Below are positions 20,414 through 30,625 of a DNA stretch of 64,000 bases, in pieces. This stretch comes from an uncultured Pelagibacteraceae bacterium (GTDB taxonomy: Bacteria; Pseudomonadota; Alphaproteobacteria; Pelagibacterales; Pelagibacteraceae), in contig CACHQB010000005.1 in assembly GCA_902581925.1 (NCBI GenBank), positions 6,996 through 70,995 of the forward strand, given 5' to 3'. Position 1 is the first letter of the stretch, and each line of letters opens with the position of its first letter. A program made the translations under genes and the position numbers. Under the pieces are notes generated by a model. It was given only the letters and a program-made list of their open reading frames with translations. It did not search any database and had not been told where the DNA came from.

Positions 20414-20871
20414 TATTTATCTTTACTAAAAGGTAACCATTTTTCAATTGCAGATTTTAAGGGACCATCATAAGGGATTGAATAAGAATTCGGGTTTGGA
20501 CTTGTCAAAACCTCAATTCCTTTTGAAAATACAAATATAAATACTATTACAAATACGATGACCATTATTTTAAAAGGATCAAAATTTTTTGTTTGAAAAA
20601 CACTTGCAGACTTCTCTTCTGCTCTATGGAATTGTTTAAAAGTCATATAAACGGCAAATATTAAACCTATATGAGCTAAAAAAAGTCCAGCCCATCCAAA
20701 TGCGAAAGTTGTGTAAGAAAAAACATATAAACTAAAAACAGTAGTCCAAATAAAACTTAAAACTAAAAGAATTTGTAATCTAACTGTTTTAGGAAGTGCG
20801 CGTAGATCATTCTTACTATCATCAAATAAAATATTTGCAGCATCTCTCATCCAATTCTTTATTGATTCCAT
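20413..20871 (-). CDS. Hypothetical membrane protein
   Basis: Three hydrophobic segments; coupled to the PsiE gene (TAATG). Confidence 0.7.
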   Translation of the reverse strand: MESIKNWMRDAANILFDDSKNDLRALPKTVRLQILLVLSFIWTTVFSLYVFSYTTFAFGWAGLFLAHIGLIFAVYMTFKQFHRAEEKSASVFQTKNFDPFKIMVIVFVIVFIFVFSKGIEVLTSPNPNSYSIPYDGPLKSAIEKWLPFSKDK

Positions 20872-20928
20872 GATCTAAGGATATAATTTTTAGTGATTTA
20901 AACAAATGTCAATTTGTCCTAAAGCAAT

Positions 20929-22116
20929 CTAAGTACGAAGCTTTTTCTTATGAAAATTGATAAATCTCTCAACGTTAGATTTATTAAATGATTTATTTTC
21001 TTCAAAAGATACCTTTTTCATTGAATATGCGCTGCTATTAGTAACTCTAGATTGAATTGTAATATTTCCTTTATACAATTTAAGTTTAACTGAGCCATTA
21101 ACTTTACTTCTTTTTAAATCTACAATTTTTTGAAGTTTAAATCTTTCTTTTGAGTACCAATAACCATTGTAAATTAACTCTGCATATCTAGACATTATTC
21201 GATCTTTTTTGTGCATAGTTTCTTTGTCTAAAGTAACTGACTCAATTGCTCGATGAGCATTGATTAAAAGAGTTCCACCGGGCGTTTCATATACACCTCT
21301 AGATTTGATACCTAAAAATCTATTCTCCACTAAGTCAACTCTTCCAATTCCATTTTTACCTGCGATGTCATTGAGCTTTGTTAATAATTTAGCTGGAGAC
21401 ATTTTTTTTCCATTTATTCCAAAAGGATCACCGTTTTTAAAATTGATAGTAATAAACGATGATTTGTTTGGTGCCTTTTCTGGAGAAATTGTTCGCTGAA
21501 AAATAAATTCTGGTGCTGAATTTTTTGGATTTTCTAAAACCTTACCTTCAGTTGATGTATGAAATAAATTGTCATCTACTGAAAAAGGAGGCGCACCTTT
21601 TTTATCTTTTGGTATAGCTATGCCGTGTTTTTTTGCATAATTAATTAAGTCTGTTCTAGATTTTAGTTTCCAAATTCTCCACGGAGCTATGATTTTAATT
21701 TTAGGCCCAAAATAATGATAGCCCAATTCAAATCTAACTTGGTCATTGCCTTTACCAGTTGCTCCATGCGAAACTGCATAGGCCTTATATTTTTTAGCTA
21801 CTCTTATTTGATCTTTTGCAATAAGAGGCCTTGCTATAGATGTCCCTAGTAAATAAATACCTTCATAGATCGCATGCCCTCTGATCATGGGATAAACATA
21901 ATCCTTAACAAAAATATCTTTTAAATCTTTAATAATTATATTTTTAACACCAAATTTTTTTGCATTGGTTATAATTTTTTTTCTATCAATTTCTTGGCCT
22001 ACATCTGCTGTATAACAAATCACATCTGCATCATAATTTTCTTGAAGCCATTTTAAAATTATAGAGGTATCGAGCCCTCCAGAATAAGCTAGAACAATTT
22101 TCTTTTTTGATTTCAT
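20929..22116 (-). CDS. argG: Argininosuccinate synthase
   Basis: LAYSGGLDTS, HGATGKGNDQVRFE, VENRFLGIKSRGVYETPGG. Confidence 0.97.
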   Translation of the reverse strand: MKSKKKIVLAYSGGLDTSIILKWLQENYDADVICYTADVGQEIDRKKIITNAKKFGVKNIIIKDLKDIFVKDYVYPMIRGHAIYEGIYLLGTSIARPLIAKDQIRVAKKYKAYAVSHGATGKGNDQVRFELGYHYFGPKIKIIAPWRIWKLKSRTDLINYAKKHGIAIPKDKKGAPPFSVDDNLFHTSTEGKVLENPKNSAPEFIFQRTISPEKAPNKSSFITINFKNGDPFGINGKKMSPAKLLTKLNDIAGKNGIGRVDLVENRFLGIKSRGVYETPGGTLLINAHRAIESVTLDKETMHKKDRIMSRYAELIYNGYWYSKERFKLQKIVDLKRSKVNGSVKLKLYKGNITIQSRVTNSSAYSMKKVSFEENKSFNKSNVERFINFHKKKLRT

Positions 22117-22120
22117 CGAA

Positions 22121-22633
22121 TTAACTACAAGCTTTTCTTGAAGCGTTATAAGCTTTAGTAAATCCTAGTAATGAGTAATGATCAATTGTTTGAGAACCTT
22201 GTTGATTATATCCAGTGATCATAATTCTAGATCCTTTTCTCATTTGTTTGATCATTTTTAATTCGATTTTATTGTCTGCTATCCACGCAAAACCTTGTTC
22301 TTTAATATCAAATTTAAATTTATTCTTTCCTGAAGCAGCTGTTACAGAATTATTTTTATTGAACTCATAACCCGGGGTAACACTCACTTCATTTTTTATA
22401 TTGTCGTTTGGTCTGAATGCTACAAATAATTTTGCATCTCTTTTATTTGTTTTTGGAGCTTGCAAAATAGGTAAAGATTGCGCAAAGCATACTTTACCAT
22501 CAGCATCCATAACGACCATTGCCTCCCAATCTTTATATTTACCAATTTTTTTAATTTCTTGAGCTGAAACTTGAGAAACACCACTTATAAAAAATATTCC
22601 TAACACTATTGTAATTTTTTTAATTATGGACAT
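22121..22633 (-). CDS. IalB (invasion-associated locus B)-like exported protein
   Basis: Signal peptide; YKDW...KVCFA, DHYSLLGFTKAY, terminal Cys. Confidence 0.75.
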   Translation of the reverse strand: MSIIKKITIVLGIFFISGVSQVSAQEIKKIGKYKDWEAMVVMDADGKVCFAQSLPILQAPKTNKRDAKLFVAFRPNDNIKNEVSVTPGYEFNKNNSVTAASGKNKFKFDIKEQGFAWIADNKIELKMIKQMRKGSRIMITGYNQQGSQTIDHYSLLGFTKAYNASRKACS

Positions 22634-23658
22634 GGATTTGGATAAATTGTTTGTACGTGGTTAATTTCTTTAATGACATCATCAGATAAGTTTACATTTA
22701 CACTTTCTATATTTGTTTTCAACTGCTCCATTGTAGTGGCTCCAATTATTACACTAGTCATAAAGTCTTGGATTTCACAAAATTTTATCGCCATCTGACT
22801 CATATCTAGGTCAAATTTTTCACTAATTTTATAATAATGTTCAACGGCATCCTCAGTCTTTGGCTTTCTATACCTTGTCCAGAAATCGAAATCTCTCTCC
22901 ATTCTTGATCCTTTGGGAAAATTCCTATTTCTATACTTTCCACTTAAATATCCACTTGCAAGCGGAGAGTAAGCTAAGCAGCCAATGTTTTCTCTTATAG
23001 AAACTTCAGCTAGTCCAACTTCGTAAGATCTATTTAATAAACTATAAGGATTTTGGATTGACATCATTCTTGGCAACTTTTTATCTTTGGATAACTGAAG
23101 ATAATTTAAAACTCCCCAAGGGGTCTCATTTGATAAACCAACGTATCTTATTTTTCCCTGATCAATATATTTATTTAACTCTGTAAGAACATCTTCAAAT
23201 TTATTCCATTCATTTTCTTTATGAACATAACCAAGTCGTCCAAAATTATTTACATTTCTTTCTGGCCAATGAAGTTGATATAAATCTATGTATTCAGTTT
23301 TAAGTCTTTTAAGACTGTCATTTAAAGCAGATTCTAAGTTTGGACCTGTAAAACTATTTTCTCCACTTCTTAAATAATCTCTTGCTGGACCAGCAACTTT
23401 TGTAGCAAGAACGACTTTGTCTCTTTTTTTAGTTTTTTCAAACCAGTTTCCTATAATTTCCTCTGTATCACCATAGGTTTCCTTTCTTGGTGGTACTGCA
23501 TATAATTCAGCAGTGTCCCAAAAGTTTACTCCTTGATCTAAAGCAAAATCCATTTGTTCAAATGCTTCAAGCTCAGTATTTTGTTCTCCCCAAGTCATGG
23601 TACCGAGACAAATTGTACTCACTTTAATATCGGTATTACCTAAATTTTTGTAATTCAT
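22624..23658 (-). CDS. Aldo/keto reductase (Tas-like)
   Basis: CLGTMTWGEQN, DTAELY, DLYQLHWP, GLSNET, SIQNPYSLLNR, ends PNPCP. Confidence 0.92.
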   Translation of the reverse strand: MNYKNLGNTDIKVSTICLGTMTWGEQNTELEAFEQMDFALDQGVNFWDTAELYAVPPRKETYGDTEEIIGNWFEKTKKRDKVVLATKVAGPARDYLRSGENSFTGPNLESALNDSLKRLKTEYIDLYQLHWPERNVNNFGRLGYVHKENEWNKFEDVLTELNKYIDQGKIRYVGLSNETPWGVLNYLQLSKDKKLPRMMSIQNPYSLLNRSYEVGLAEVSIRENIGCLAYSPLASGYLSGKYRNRNFPKGSRMERDFDFWTRYRKPKTEDAVEHYYKISEKFDLDMSQMAIKFCEIQDFMTSVIIGATTMEQLKTNIESVNVNLSDDVIKEINHVQTIYPNPCP

Positions 23659-23737
23659 TAGAAATATTAAGTTAAAATTTTGTTAATCTTTTAAGGTATC
23701 TTGAATAATTAGTAAAAGAATATATATATTACTTATT

Positions 23738-24499
23738 ATGGAATTTGATAAAAACGGAATACTAAATAGAGCAAAAGCAGCACAACAAACAGCTGCTGTA
23801 ATGGATGAAGGCTTAAGAGCCTACATGCTAAAAGTTTATAACTACATGGCAACAGGTGTATTGCTAACTGGAATAGTAGCACTATTAACATTTAAAATGT
23901 CTGTTGTTACTAATGATGCAGGTTCAATCGTTGGTCTAACGCAGATGGGGAATGCAATTTATTTATCAGGTCTTAAATGGCTTGTAATGTTAGCACCTCT
24001 AGCAATCGTTTTTTATATGAGTTTTGGAATTAATAAGATGAGTGCATCAAAGGCACAAACTACGTTTTGGGTTTTTGCAGCTTTGATGGGTCTATCATTA
24101 TCTTCAATATTATTGGTTTATACTGGAATGAGTGTAACAAGAGTTTTCTTCATTACATCTGCAACATTTGGAGCGATGAGTATCTACGGATACACAACTA
24201 AAAGAGATCTTACAAAGTTAGGATCTTTTTTAATGATGGGTCTAATTGGAATAATTATAGCTTCAATTGTTAATATCTTTATGAAATCTTCAATGATGTA
24301 TTTTGTGATTTCAATTTTAGGTGTTTTAATATTTGTTGGTTTAACAGCTTATGACACTCAGAAAATCAAAAATATGTATGTTGCGTCAGATTCAGGTGAG
24401 TTAATGGGCAAGAAAGCTGTTATGGGCGCTTTAACTTTATATCTAGATTTTATCAATCTATTTATAATGTTGTTAAGATTATTTGGTCAAAGAAGATAA
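23738..24499 (+). CDS. Bax inhibitor-1/YccA family membrane protein
   Basis: DEGLRAYMLKVYNYM, GYTTKRDL, AYDTQKIK, ALTLYLDFINLF. Confidence 0.93.
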   Translation: MEFDKNGILNRAKAAQQTAAVMDEGLRAYMLKVYNYMATGVLLTGIVALLTFKMSVVTNDAGSIVGLTQMGNAIYLSGLKWLVMLAPLAIVFYMSFGINKMSASKAQTTFWVFAALMGLSLSSILLVYTGMSVTRVFFITSATFGAMSIYGYTTKRDLTKLGSFLMMGLIGIIIASIVNIFMKSSMMYFVISILGVLIFVGLTAYDTQKIKNMYVASDSGELMGKKAVMGALTLYLDFINLFIMLLRLFGQRR

Positions 24500-24501
24500 A
24501 T

Positions 24502-24849
24502 TTATTTTTGAAGTTTCTTCCAGTTGGTATTTTTTAATAAAATTCTAAGATCGTGAGAATTTTTTAGTATCTTACCACTCGTATCAGTAATTAAATATTT
24601 AAGATTTTTATTTTTAGGCTTAAAATTTTTACAAATTTTATATAGGGCATTTTCAGTAGCATTTCTAAAAACACTAAACCCCACTTGTTTACTTGATATA
24701 TTTAAACCATAATCTTTCCAAGATCCTTCAGAAACCATCTTAGCATATAAGTCTAATATAATTTTTAGCTCATCTTTTTCAAAAAACTGTTTTTCTTCAA
24801 TTTTATTATGAGGATTATTTACTACTAATTTTAAATTACTACGCATCAA
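24502..24849 (-). CDS. DUF2794-like protein
   Basis: FEKDELKIILDLYAKMVSEGSWKDY, FSVFR. Confidence 0.8.
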   Translation of the reverse strand: MMRSNLKLVVNNPHNKIEEKQFFEKDELKIILDLYAKMVSEGSWKDYGLNISSKQVGFSVFRNATENALYKICKNFKPKNKNLKYLITDTSGKILKNSHDLRILLKNTNWKKLQK

Positions 24850-25390
24850 TCTTATGTTTATTAATTAATGGTACTTGGAACCCCGTGAATATTATTGTGA
24901 TCGGAAGCATTCCCCACACTTTAAAATTAACCCAAAACTCTTCTGTTTGTGTTCTCCAAATAAATTCATTTAATAAAGCAAGGCCAAAGAAAAAATACAT
25001 CCATCGTTTATTAAGAATTTCCCATCCAATATCGGTTAGAGGAATAGATCTACCCATAATTTTTTTAAGAATAGGTTCATTGGTAAAATATTTCCCAAAA
25101 AATAATGCAAGAGCAAACATAATATTGATGATTGTTGGTTTTACATAAATAAATATAGGATCATTAAAGTAGATAGTTAATCCACCAAAAAAAGTAATTA
25201 AAATTCCACTCACCAAAGGCATTGGAGGAATTTTTTTTTCAAAAAACCAAACCACTGCTAATGCAACTAAAGTTGCAACTATCAGTGGAGGTATTGCTAC
25301 TGATAAATTTTTACCACTATTGTAATAATAGAAAAAAAATATTGCTAAAGGACCGAAATCAGTAACAAATTTTAAAAAAGATTTATTCAC
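24839..25390 (-). CDS. yciB: Inner membrane protein YciB/IspZ
   Basis: DFGPLAIFF, FGGLTIYFND, KPTII, LNEFIWR, FWVNFKVWG. Confidence 0.92.
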   Translation of the reverse strand: MNKSFLKFVTDFGPLAIFFFYYYNSGKNLSVAIPPLIVATLVALAVVWFFEKKIPPMPLVSGILITFFGGLTIYFNDPIFIYVKPTIINIMFALALFFGKYFTNEPILKKIMGRSIPLTDIGWEILNKRWMYFFFGLALLNEFIWRTQTEEFWVNFKVWGMLPITIIFTGFQVPLINKHKIDA

Positions 25391-25477
25391 TAAAAAGATA
25401 TTAACATATTTGCCACATCACAAAACATTTATATTTTTAGCATTGATTTTTATTTTTAAATACCCATACTAGGAACA

Positions 25478-25798
25478 ATGCCAGTCCAAAAAGCAAAATT
25501 TTCAATTGGAGACATCGTAAAGCATAAACACTTTGAATTTAGAGGTGTGATTTATGATGTTGATTTTGAATTTAATAATTCTGAGGAATGGTATCAATCT
25601 ATTCCAAAAAATGTGAGACCAAGAAAAGATCAACCGTTTTATCACCTATTAGCAGAAAATGATGAGATAACTTATGAAGCCTATGTTTCTGAGCAAAACT
25701 TGCTGATGGATGACTCTGATGAACCAATAAAACACCCTTTAATTGAAGAGATTTTTTCAGGAAAAAAAGGCTCTAGTTATTTCAAGCTTTCTAATTAA
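25478..25798 (+). CDS. hspQ: Heat shock protein HspQ (YccV-like)
   Basis: AKFSIGDIVKH, RGVIYDVD, RPRKDQPFYHLLAEN, AYVSEQNL. Confidence 0.93.
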   Translation: MPVQKAKFSIGDIVKHKHFEFRGVIYDVDFEFNNSEEWYQSIPKNVRPRKDQPFYHLLAENDEITYEAYVSEQNLLMDDSDEPIKHPLIEEIFSGKKGSSYFKLSN

Positions 25799-25858
25799 GG
25801 CAACCATCATTCAACCACATTTAGCTCAAATCTAGGCCATACAAATTAGCTATATTTT

Positions 25859-25936
25859 TAGTATCTTCTGGTCAAGAATGTTAAACGTTAATTTCAATCT
25901 TATTATCTCCCCTCTGCATTCTTGATCAGAAAACTA
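25859..25936. ncRNA. Candidate structured RNA (long stem, pyrimidine-rich loop)
   Basis: TTCTGGTCAAGAATG (25866-80) pairs with CATTCTTGATCAGAA (25917-31), 15 bp with one G-U, inside a 179-nt intergenic gap. Confidence 0.45.
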
Positions 25937-25977
25937 TTTCATAATAGAAATCACCAAAAAAAATTCTAAATTAAAAT

Positions 25978-26685
25978 ATGTTAAAACTTTTTGAACCAAA
26001 TAAGATTTTCAAAATTACGTCAAAAGCACCTAAGTACGTTTTATTTTTGTTTATTGTTGTATTAAGTGTTGGTTTAGTTGAAGCATTAATCATATCGCCT
26101 GAAGATTACAAACAAAGTGATGCAGTTAGGATTATGTATGTTCACGTTCCTGCCGCTTGGATTTCACTTGGAATATTTTCTTCTATAACTTTGTTATCTA
26201 TTTGTGGTTTTGTATTTAGAAACAAAAACTTTTTTTTAATTTCTAAAAGTTTAGCTCCTTCGGGATTTGTTTTTAATATTATAGCTTTAGTTACAGGATC
26301 AATTTGGGGAAAACCAACTTGGGGAACATGGTGGGCTTGGGATGCAAGAATTACTTCAATGCTAATTTTAGCTTTGTTCTATGCAATGTATTTAATTGTA
26401 TGGAGAATTTATGATAAGGAGGAAAAAGTCTATAAGATTTCAACTTTTATAACTATTTTAGGAATTATTAATGTTCCGATTATAAAGTACTCAGTTGATT
26501 GGTGGAATACACTCCATCAACCTGCATCTATTAATATTTTGTCAAAAAGCTCAATTCATTCATCAATGCTTTACCCATTATTGATAATGACTGCGGCATT
26601 TGCTCTTTTTTCATTGTTAATTTTCTTAATGAAATATAATACAGAACTGATAAAAATTAAAAATAAAGGCTTAGATAGATTATGA
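25978..26685 (+). CDS. ccmC: Heme exporter protein C
   Basis: RIMYVHVPAAW, TGSIWGKPTWGTWWAWDARITS, WWNTLHQ. Confidence 0.95.
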   Translation: MLKLFEPNKIFKITSKAPKYVLFLFIVVLSVGLVEALIISPEDYKQSDAVRIMYVHVPAAWISLGIFSSITLLSICGFVFRNKNFFLISKSLAPSGFVFNIIALVTGSIWGKPTWGTWWAWDARITSMLILALFYAMYLIVWRIYDKEEKVYKISTFITILGIINVPIIKYSVDWWNTLHQPASINILSKSSIHSSMLYPLLIMTAAFALFSLLIFLMKYNTELIKIKNKGLDRL

Positions 26686-26909
26686 TAAATGAATTACTTT
26701 TTATGAATGGATATGCAGTGTACGTGTTATCTGCTTTTAGCTTTACCTTATTAAGTTTCCTAGGTTTATATTTGGTAACTAAAATGCAATTTGTTAAAGA
26801 ACAAAACAAATTTGTTGCTAAATTTGGGTCACTTACTACTGAGCAAGCTAATTCTGCAAAATCACAAAGAATAAATAAAGAAATTTTAGCAAACGTAACA
26901 AATAATTAA
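26682..26909 (+). CDS. ccmD: Heme exporter protein D
   Basis: Small single-TM protein, MNGYAVYV, between ccmC and ccmE. Confidence 0.8.
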   Translation: MINELLFMNGYAVYVLSAFSFTLLSFLGLYLVTKMQFVKEQNKFVAKFGSLTTEQANSAKSQRINKEILANVTNN

Positions 26910-26919
26910 CTTTTAAACC

Positions 26920-27339
26920 ATGTATGGTCGAAAAGTTAAATTAAGATTTCTGTTTGTAGTAATAATCTTAATTACTTTAATTTTAACAATATTTTTGATT
27001 TTAAGATCATTAGAGGAAAATGTTGTATATTTTCAATCTCCTTCCGAGATAAAATCACTTTCTGAAATAGATAAAAGCAAAATAAGAGTTGGAGGAATGG
27101 TTAAAAAAAACTCTATTTCCATAAGCTCAAATGAAGTTAATTTTATAATTACTGACTTTAAAAATGAAATAAATGTTACTTACTCAGGAGCAGTACCCAA
27201 TTTATTTGCTGAAGGAAAAGGGGTTGTTGCTGAAGGTTTTTTGAAAGATAGAAACTTTTTCTCTGCAACAAAAATTTTAGCTAAGCACGATGAAAATTAT
27301 ATGCCACCGGAAGTAAAAGAAGCATTAGGAGAAAAATAA
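26920..27339 (+). CDS. ccmE: Heme chaperone CcmE
   Basis: [33 protein letters not shown]. Confidence 0.95.
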   Translation: MYGRKVKLRFLFVVIILITLILTIFLILRSLEENVVYFQSPSEIKSLSEIDKSKIRVGGMVKKNSISISSNEVNFIITDFKNEINVTYSGAVPNLFAEGKGVVAEGFLKDRNFFSATKILAKHDENYMPPEVKEALGEK

Positions 27340-27340
27340 A

Positions 27341-29215
27341 TTGATCTATAGTCTTATTGGATATTATTCATTAATAATAGGATTTATTATTGGATTATCA
27401 TTATTTTATTTTTCATATAAAAATTTTAATAACTCAAACATATTAGATACCAAAATATTATCATTTACATTTTTACAATTATTTTTTGTTGTCATTAGTT
27501 TTTTGTGTTTGATTTTTTCTTTTGTTATTTCGGATTTTAGTAATGAAACAGTATTTAATAATTCTCACACTACCAAACCATTATTTTACAAAATAAGTGG
27601 AACCTGGGGGAATCATGAAGGGAGTTTATTATTATGGTTACTTGTTTTAACGTTATTTATTTTCTTATTTTTAGTGAGGACTAAAAATCAACCAGTAAAA
27701 TACAAAATTTTAACTCTAGTTTTTCAACAAATAATAATAGTTGGTTTCTTTTTATTTTTGATCAAAACATCAAATCCATTTAATTATATTTTTCCAACAC
27801 CTACTGAAGGTCTTGGATTAAACCCAATTTTACAAGACCCTGCTTTAGCAATTCATCCACCTGTTTTATATTTAGGATATGTTGGTTCTTCAATTATTTT
27901 TTCATCTGTATTGGCAGCAACAAGTTTAAAAATTATTTCTACTAGTTGGGCATCACATATAAAAAAATGGATCTTAATTTCATGGATATTTTTGACTTTA
28001 GGAATACTACTTGGATCAATTTGGGCTTATTACGAATTGGGCTGGGGAGGTTTTTGGTTTTGGGATCCAGTTGAGAATGTTTCTCTAATGCCGTGGCTTG
28101 CATTAACTACTCTTTTACATTGTATTTTAGTATTAGAAAAAAAATCTATTTTAACTTCATGGGTAATAATTCTTTCTATTGCAACATTTACATTAAGTAT
28201 GTGTGGAACATTTTTAGTAAGATCAGGAATATTAAATTCAGTTCATACATTTGCTAATGATCCTGAAAGGGGTTTATTTATTCTTGTTTTTTTATTCATT
28301 TTGATTTTTTTATCTATTTTAATTTTTTTCTTTTTTCATAAAGATAATGACAGAAAATCTTATAGTTTTTTTTGGTTGAGCAAAGAAACTTCAATATTAA
28401 TTAATAACTGGTTCATGATGTATTTTTTATCTGTTGTATTAATAGGTACTGTTTATCCAATTTTTTTAGATGTAATTTCTTCTCAAAAAATATCTGTCGG
28501 ACCACCATTTTATCATAAATTGATAATTCCATTTTTAATTCCATTTTTGCTTATGATGGCGATAGGTCCAAAATTAAAATGGATCAAATCTCAATTAGAA
28601 GATAAGATTTATTTAATTTCTTTTTTAATTATCTCAATTTTATTAGCATTTTTAGTATTAAAAAATTTTAATCAAAGTATTTTAATAAATACAATTTTGA
28701 TATCGAGTGCGCTTTATTTATTCTTTATTACCTTGCGAGATTTTTTTGTAAAAAAATATAAAAATATTTCACAAAATATTGCTCACTTTGGATTTAGTTT
28801 ATTGATACTAAGTATTTTGTTTAACAATATATTTGCAAGCGAAATTATAACAAATCTTAAGGTTGGTGAAACTTTTGAAAATTCGAAAACTAAGATAGTT
28901 TTTGAAAGTGTTGATCAGAAAAAAGAAAAAAATTATAATGCTATTATTGCGAATTTTTCTATAAGTACTTTAAATGGTGAAGAGGATAGATTTTCTCCAG
29001 AGCTGAGAATTTATAATCAACCTGTCATTGCCACAAGTGAAGCGGATATTAAAACAACACTTATGTCAGATAAATTTATTGTAATTAATCTGGTTCAAAA
29101 TCAAGATTTTTTCAACGTAAGATACCAAGTTAAACCATTTATGTTATGGATCTGGTTATCAGTAATTCTAATATCTTTTGCTGGTATTGTTAGCTTTTTA
29201 CAAAAAAGATCATGA
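27341..29215 (+). CDS. ccmF: Cytochrome c heme lyase CcmF
   Basis: WGNHEGSLLLW, GLNPILQDP, HPP, WAYYELGWGGFWFWDPVEN, SVHTFA. TTG start. Confidence 0.95.
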   Translation: MIYSLIGYYSLIIGFIIGLSLFYFSYKNFNNSNILDTKILSFTFLQLFFVVISFLCLIFSFVISDFSNETVFNNSHTTKPLFYKISGTWGNHEGSLLLWLLVLTLFIFLFLVRTKNQPVKYKILTLVFQQIIIVGFFLFLIKTSNPFNYIFPTPTEGLGLNPILQDPALAIHPPVLYLGYVGSSIIFSSVLAATSLKIISTSWASHIKKWILISWIFLTLGILLGSIWAYYELGWGGFWFWDPVENVSLMPWLALTTLLHCILVLEKKSILTSWVIILSIATFTLSMCGTFLVRSGILNSVHTFANDPERGLFILVFLFILIFLSILIFFFFHKDNDRKSYSFFWLSKETSILINNWFMMYFLSVVLIGTVYPIFLDVISSQKISVGPPFYHKLIIPFLIPFLLMMAIGPKLKWIKSQLEDKIYLISFLIISILLAFLVLKNFNQSILINTILISSALYLFFITLRDFFVKKYKNISQNIAHFGFSLLILSILFNNIFASEIITNLKVGETFENSKTKIVFESVDQKKEKNYNAIIANFSISTLNGEEDRFSPELRIYNQPVIATSEADIKTTLMSDKFIVINLVQNQDFFNVRYQVKPFMLWIWLSVILISFAGIVSFLQKRS

Positions 29216-29730
29216 AAAATAAAATATTACCTTTTGCAGTTATTATTATTTTTGGAATAATATTTTTTATTTTTTACAAAGGTTTAGAAGACTCAAAAAT
29301 ATACACTCCAGATGTTAATACAAAAAAAGAGATACCAGTGTTTAATACCAAAGAATTTTTTTCTGGAGAAAATTTGAAATCATCAAGTATCTTTGAGTTA
29401 GATAAGGTTTATCTATTAAATATTTGGTCGTCTTGGTGTGTACCATGTCGACAAGAGCATCCTCTTTTGATGAATTTAAATTTAGAGAATAAATTAAATA
29501 TTATTGGGATGAATTATAAAGATAATTTACAAAATGCGGAAAATTTTTTAAAAGAACTAGGAAACCCTTATAAAGAAATCTTTATTGATTTAGATGGTAC
29601 AATTGCAATTGAGTGGGGAGCATATGGGGTTCCTGAATCATTTTTAATTTATAATAATGAAATTATTAAAAAATATGTTGGACCTCTTAACCAAGAATTA
29701 ATTGATGAAATTAATTTATTGATAAAATGA
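29212..29730 (+). CDS. ccmG: Thiol:disulfide interchange protein CcmG/DsbE
   Basis: WSSWCVPCRQEHP, GAYGVPES. Confidence 0.92.
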   Translation: MKNKILPFAVIIIFGIIFFIFYKGLEDSKIYTPDVNTKKEIPVFNTKEFFSGENLKSSSIFELDKVYLLNIWSSWCVPCRQEHPLLMNLNLENKLNIIGMNYKDNLQNAENFLKELGNPYKEIFIDLDGTIAIEWGAYGVPESFLIYNNEIIKKYVGPLNQELIDEINLLIK

Positions 29731-30098
29731 AATATCTAAAATTCTTTTTAATTGTTATAATATTATTCCCTTTAAATAGTATTAATGCTGAGGAGAACGA
29801 TAAAAGAAATAAAATAACTAAAAATTTACGATGTCTTATATGTCAAGGTCAATCGGTTTATGATTCAGATTCTGAATTTGCAAATAGTTTAAAAATTGTA
29901 GTTGATAAAAAGCTTCAAGAAGGTCTTTCTGAAGATCAAATTTATGAATATTTTAAAACTAAATATGGAGAATGGATACTTTACGATCCTGGTTTAAATA
30001 AAAATACATATATTCTTTGGTTATTGCCGATATTGATATTTTTAATCGGAGGTGCAATAATCTACAAAAGCTTTATAGTTAAAAAAAAAATTAATTAA
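29727..30098 (+). CDS. ccmH: Cytochrome c biogenesis protein CcmH
   Basis: LRCLICQGQSVYDS, YGEWILYDP, LWLLP. Confidence 0.92.
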   Translation: MKYLKFFLIVIILFPLNSINAEENDKRNKITKNLRCLICQGQSVYDSDSEFANSLKIVVDKKLQEGLSEDQIYEYFKTKYGEWILYDPGLNKNTYILWLLPILIFLIGGAIIYKSFIVKKKIN

Positions 30099-30613
30099 TG
30101 ATGAATTTAAAAAAATTTTTAATCAATCTGTTAATGATCACATTCGTATTTTCTTCGATTGCAGAAGAAAAAGTTTTAAAAGATCAAAATACAGAATTCA
30201 GTCTTTATACAGGAATGTTTGATTTTAGTGATGATGGAAAAAAATCAACTTTAATTGGTTTTCAACATCAGAATGAAAATTTAAATAGAGATACTTTTTT
30301 AGGAAATCTTTCTCCTATAACTGGATTTTTAATTACAGCTGATAATGCAGGATATATTTATACAGGCGTTCAAGCTCAATATAAATTAGGAGCATTAAAT
30401 TTAACACCCAGCTTTACACCGGGAATATATCATGAGGGAGATGGTAAAGACTTGGGCCATTTAATTGAATTTAAAAGTGAGTTACAAATTTCACTTGAGC
30501 TGTCAAAAACAAGTGAATTAGGTCTTTCCTACAATCATATTTCTAATGCAAGTCTAGGAGATAAAAATCCTGGGGCAAATAGTTATATGTTTAATTTCTT
30601 TAAAAACTTTTAA
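30098..30613 (+). CDS. PagL-like lipid A 3-O-deacylase (acyloxyacyl hydrolase) beta-barrel
   Basis: Signal peptide, DLGHLIEFKS, YNHISNASL...NPG, terminal Phe. Confidence 0.8.
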   Translation: MMNLKKFLINLLMITFVFSSIAEEKVLKDQNTEFSLYTGMFDFSDDGKKSTLIGFQHQNENLNRDTFLGNLSPITGFLITADNAGYIYTGVQAQYKLGALNLTPSFTPGIYHEGDGKDLGHLIEFKSELQISLELSKTSELGLSYNHISNASLGDKNPGANSYMFNFFKNF

Positions 30614-30625
30614 TAAAGATACATC

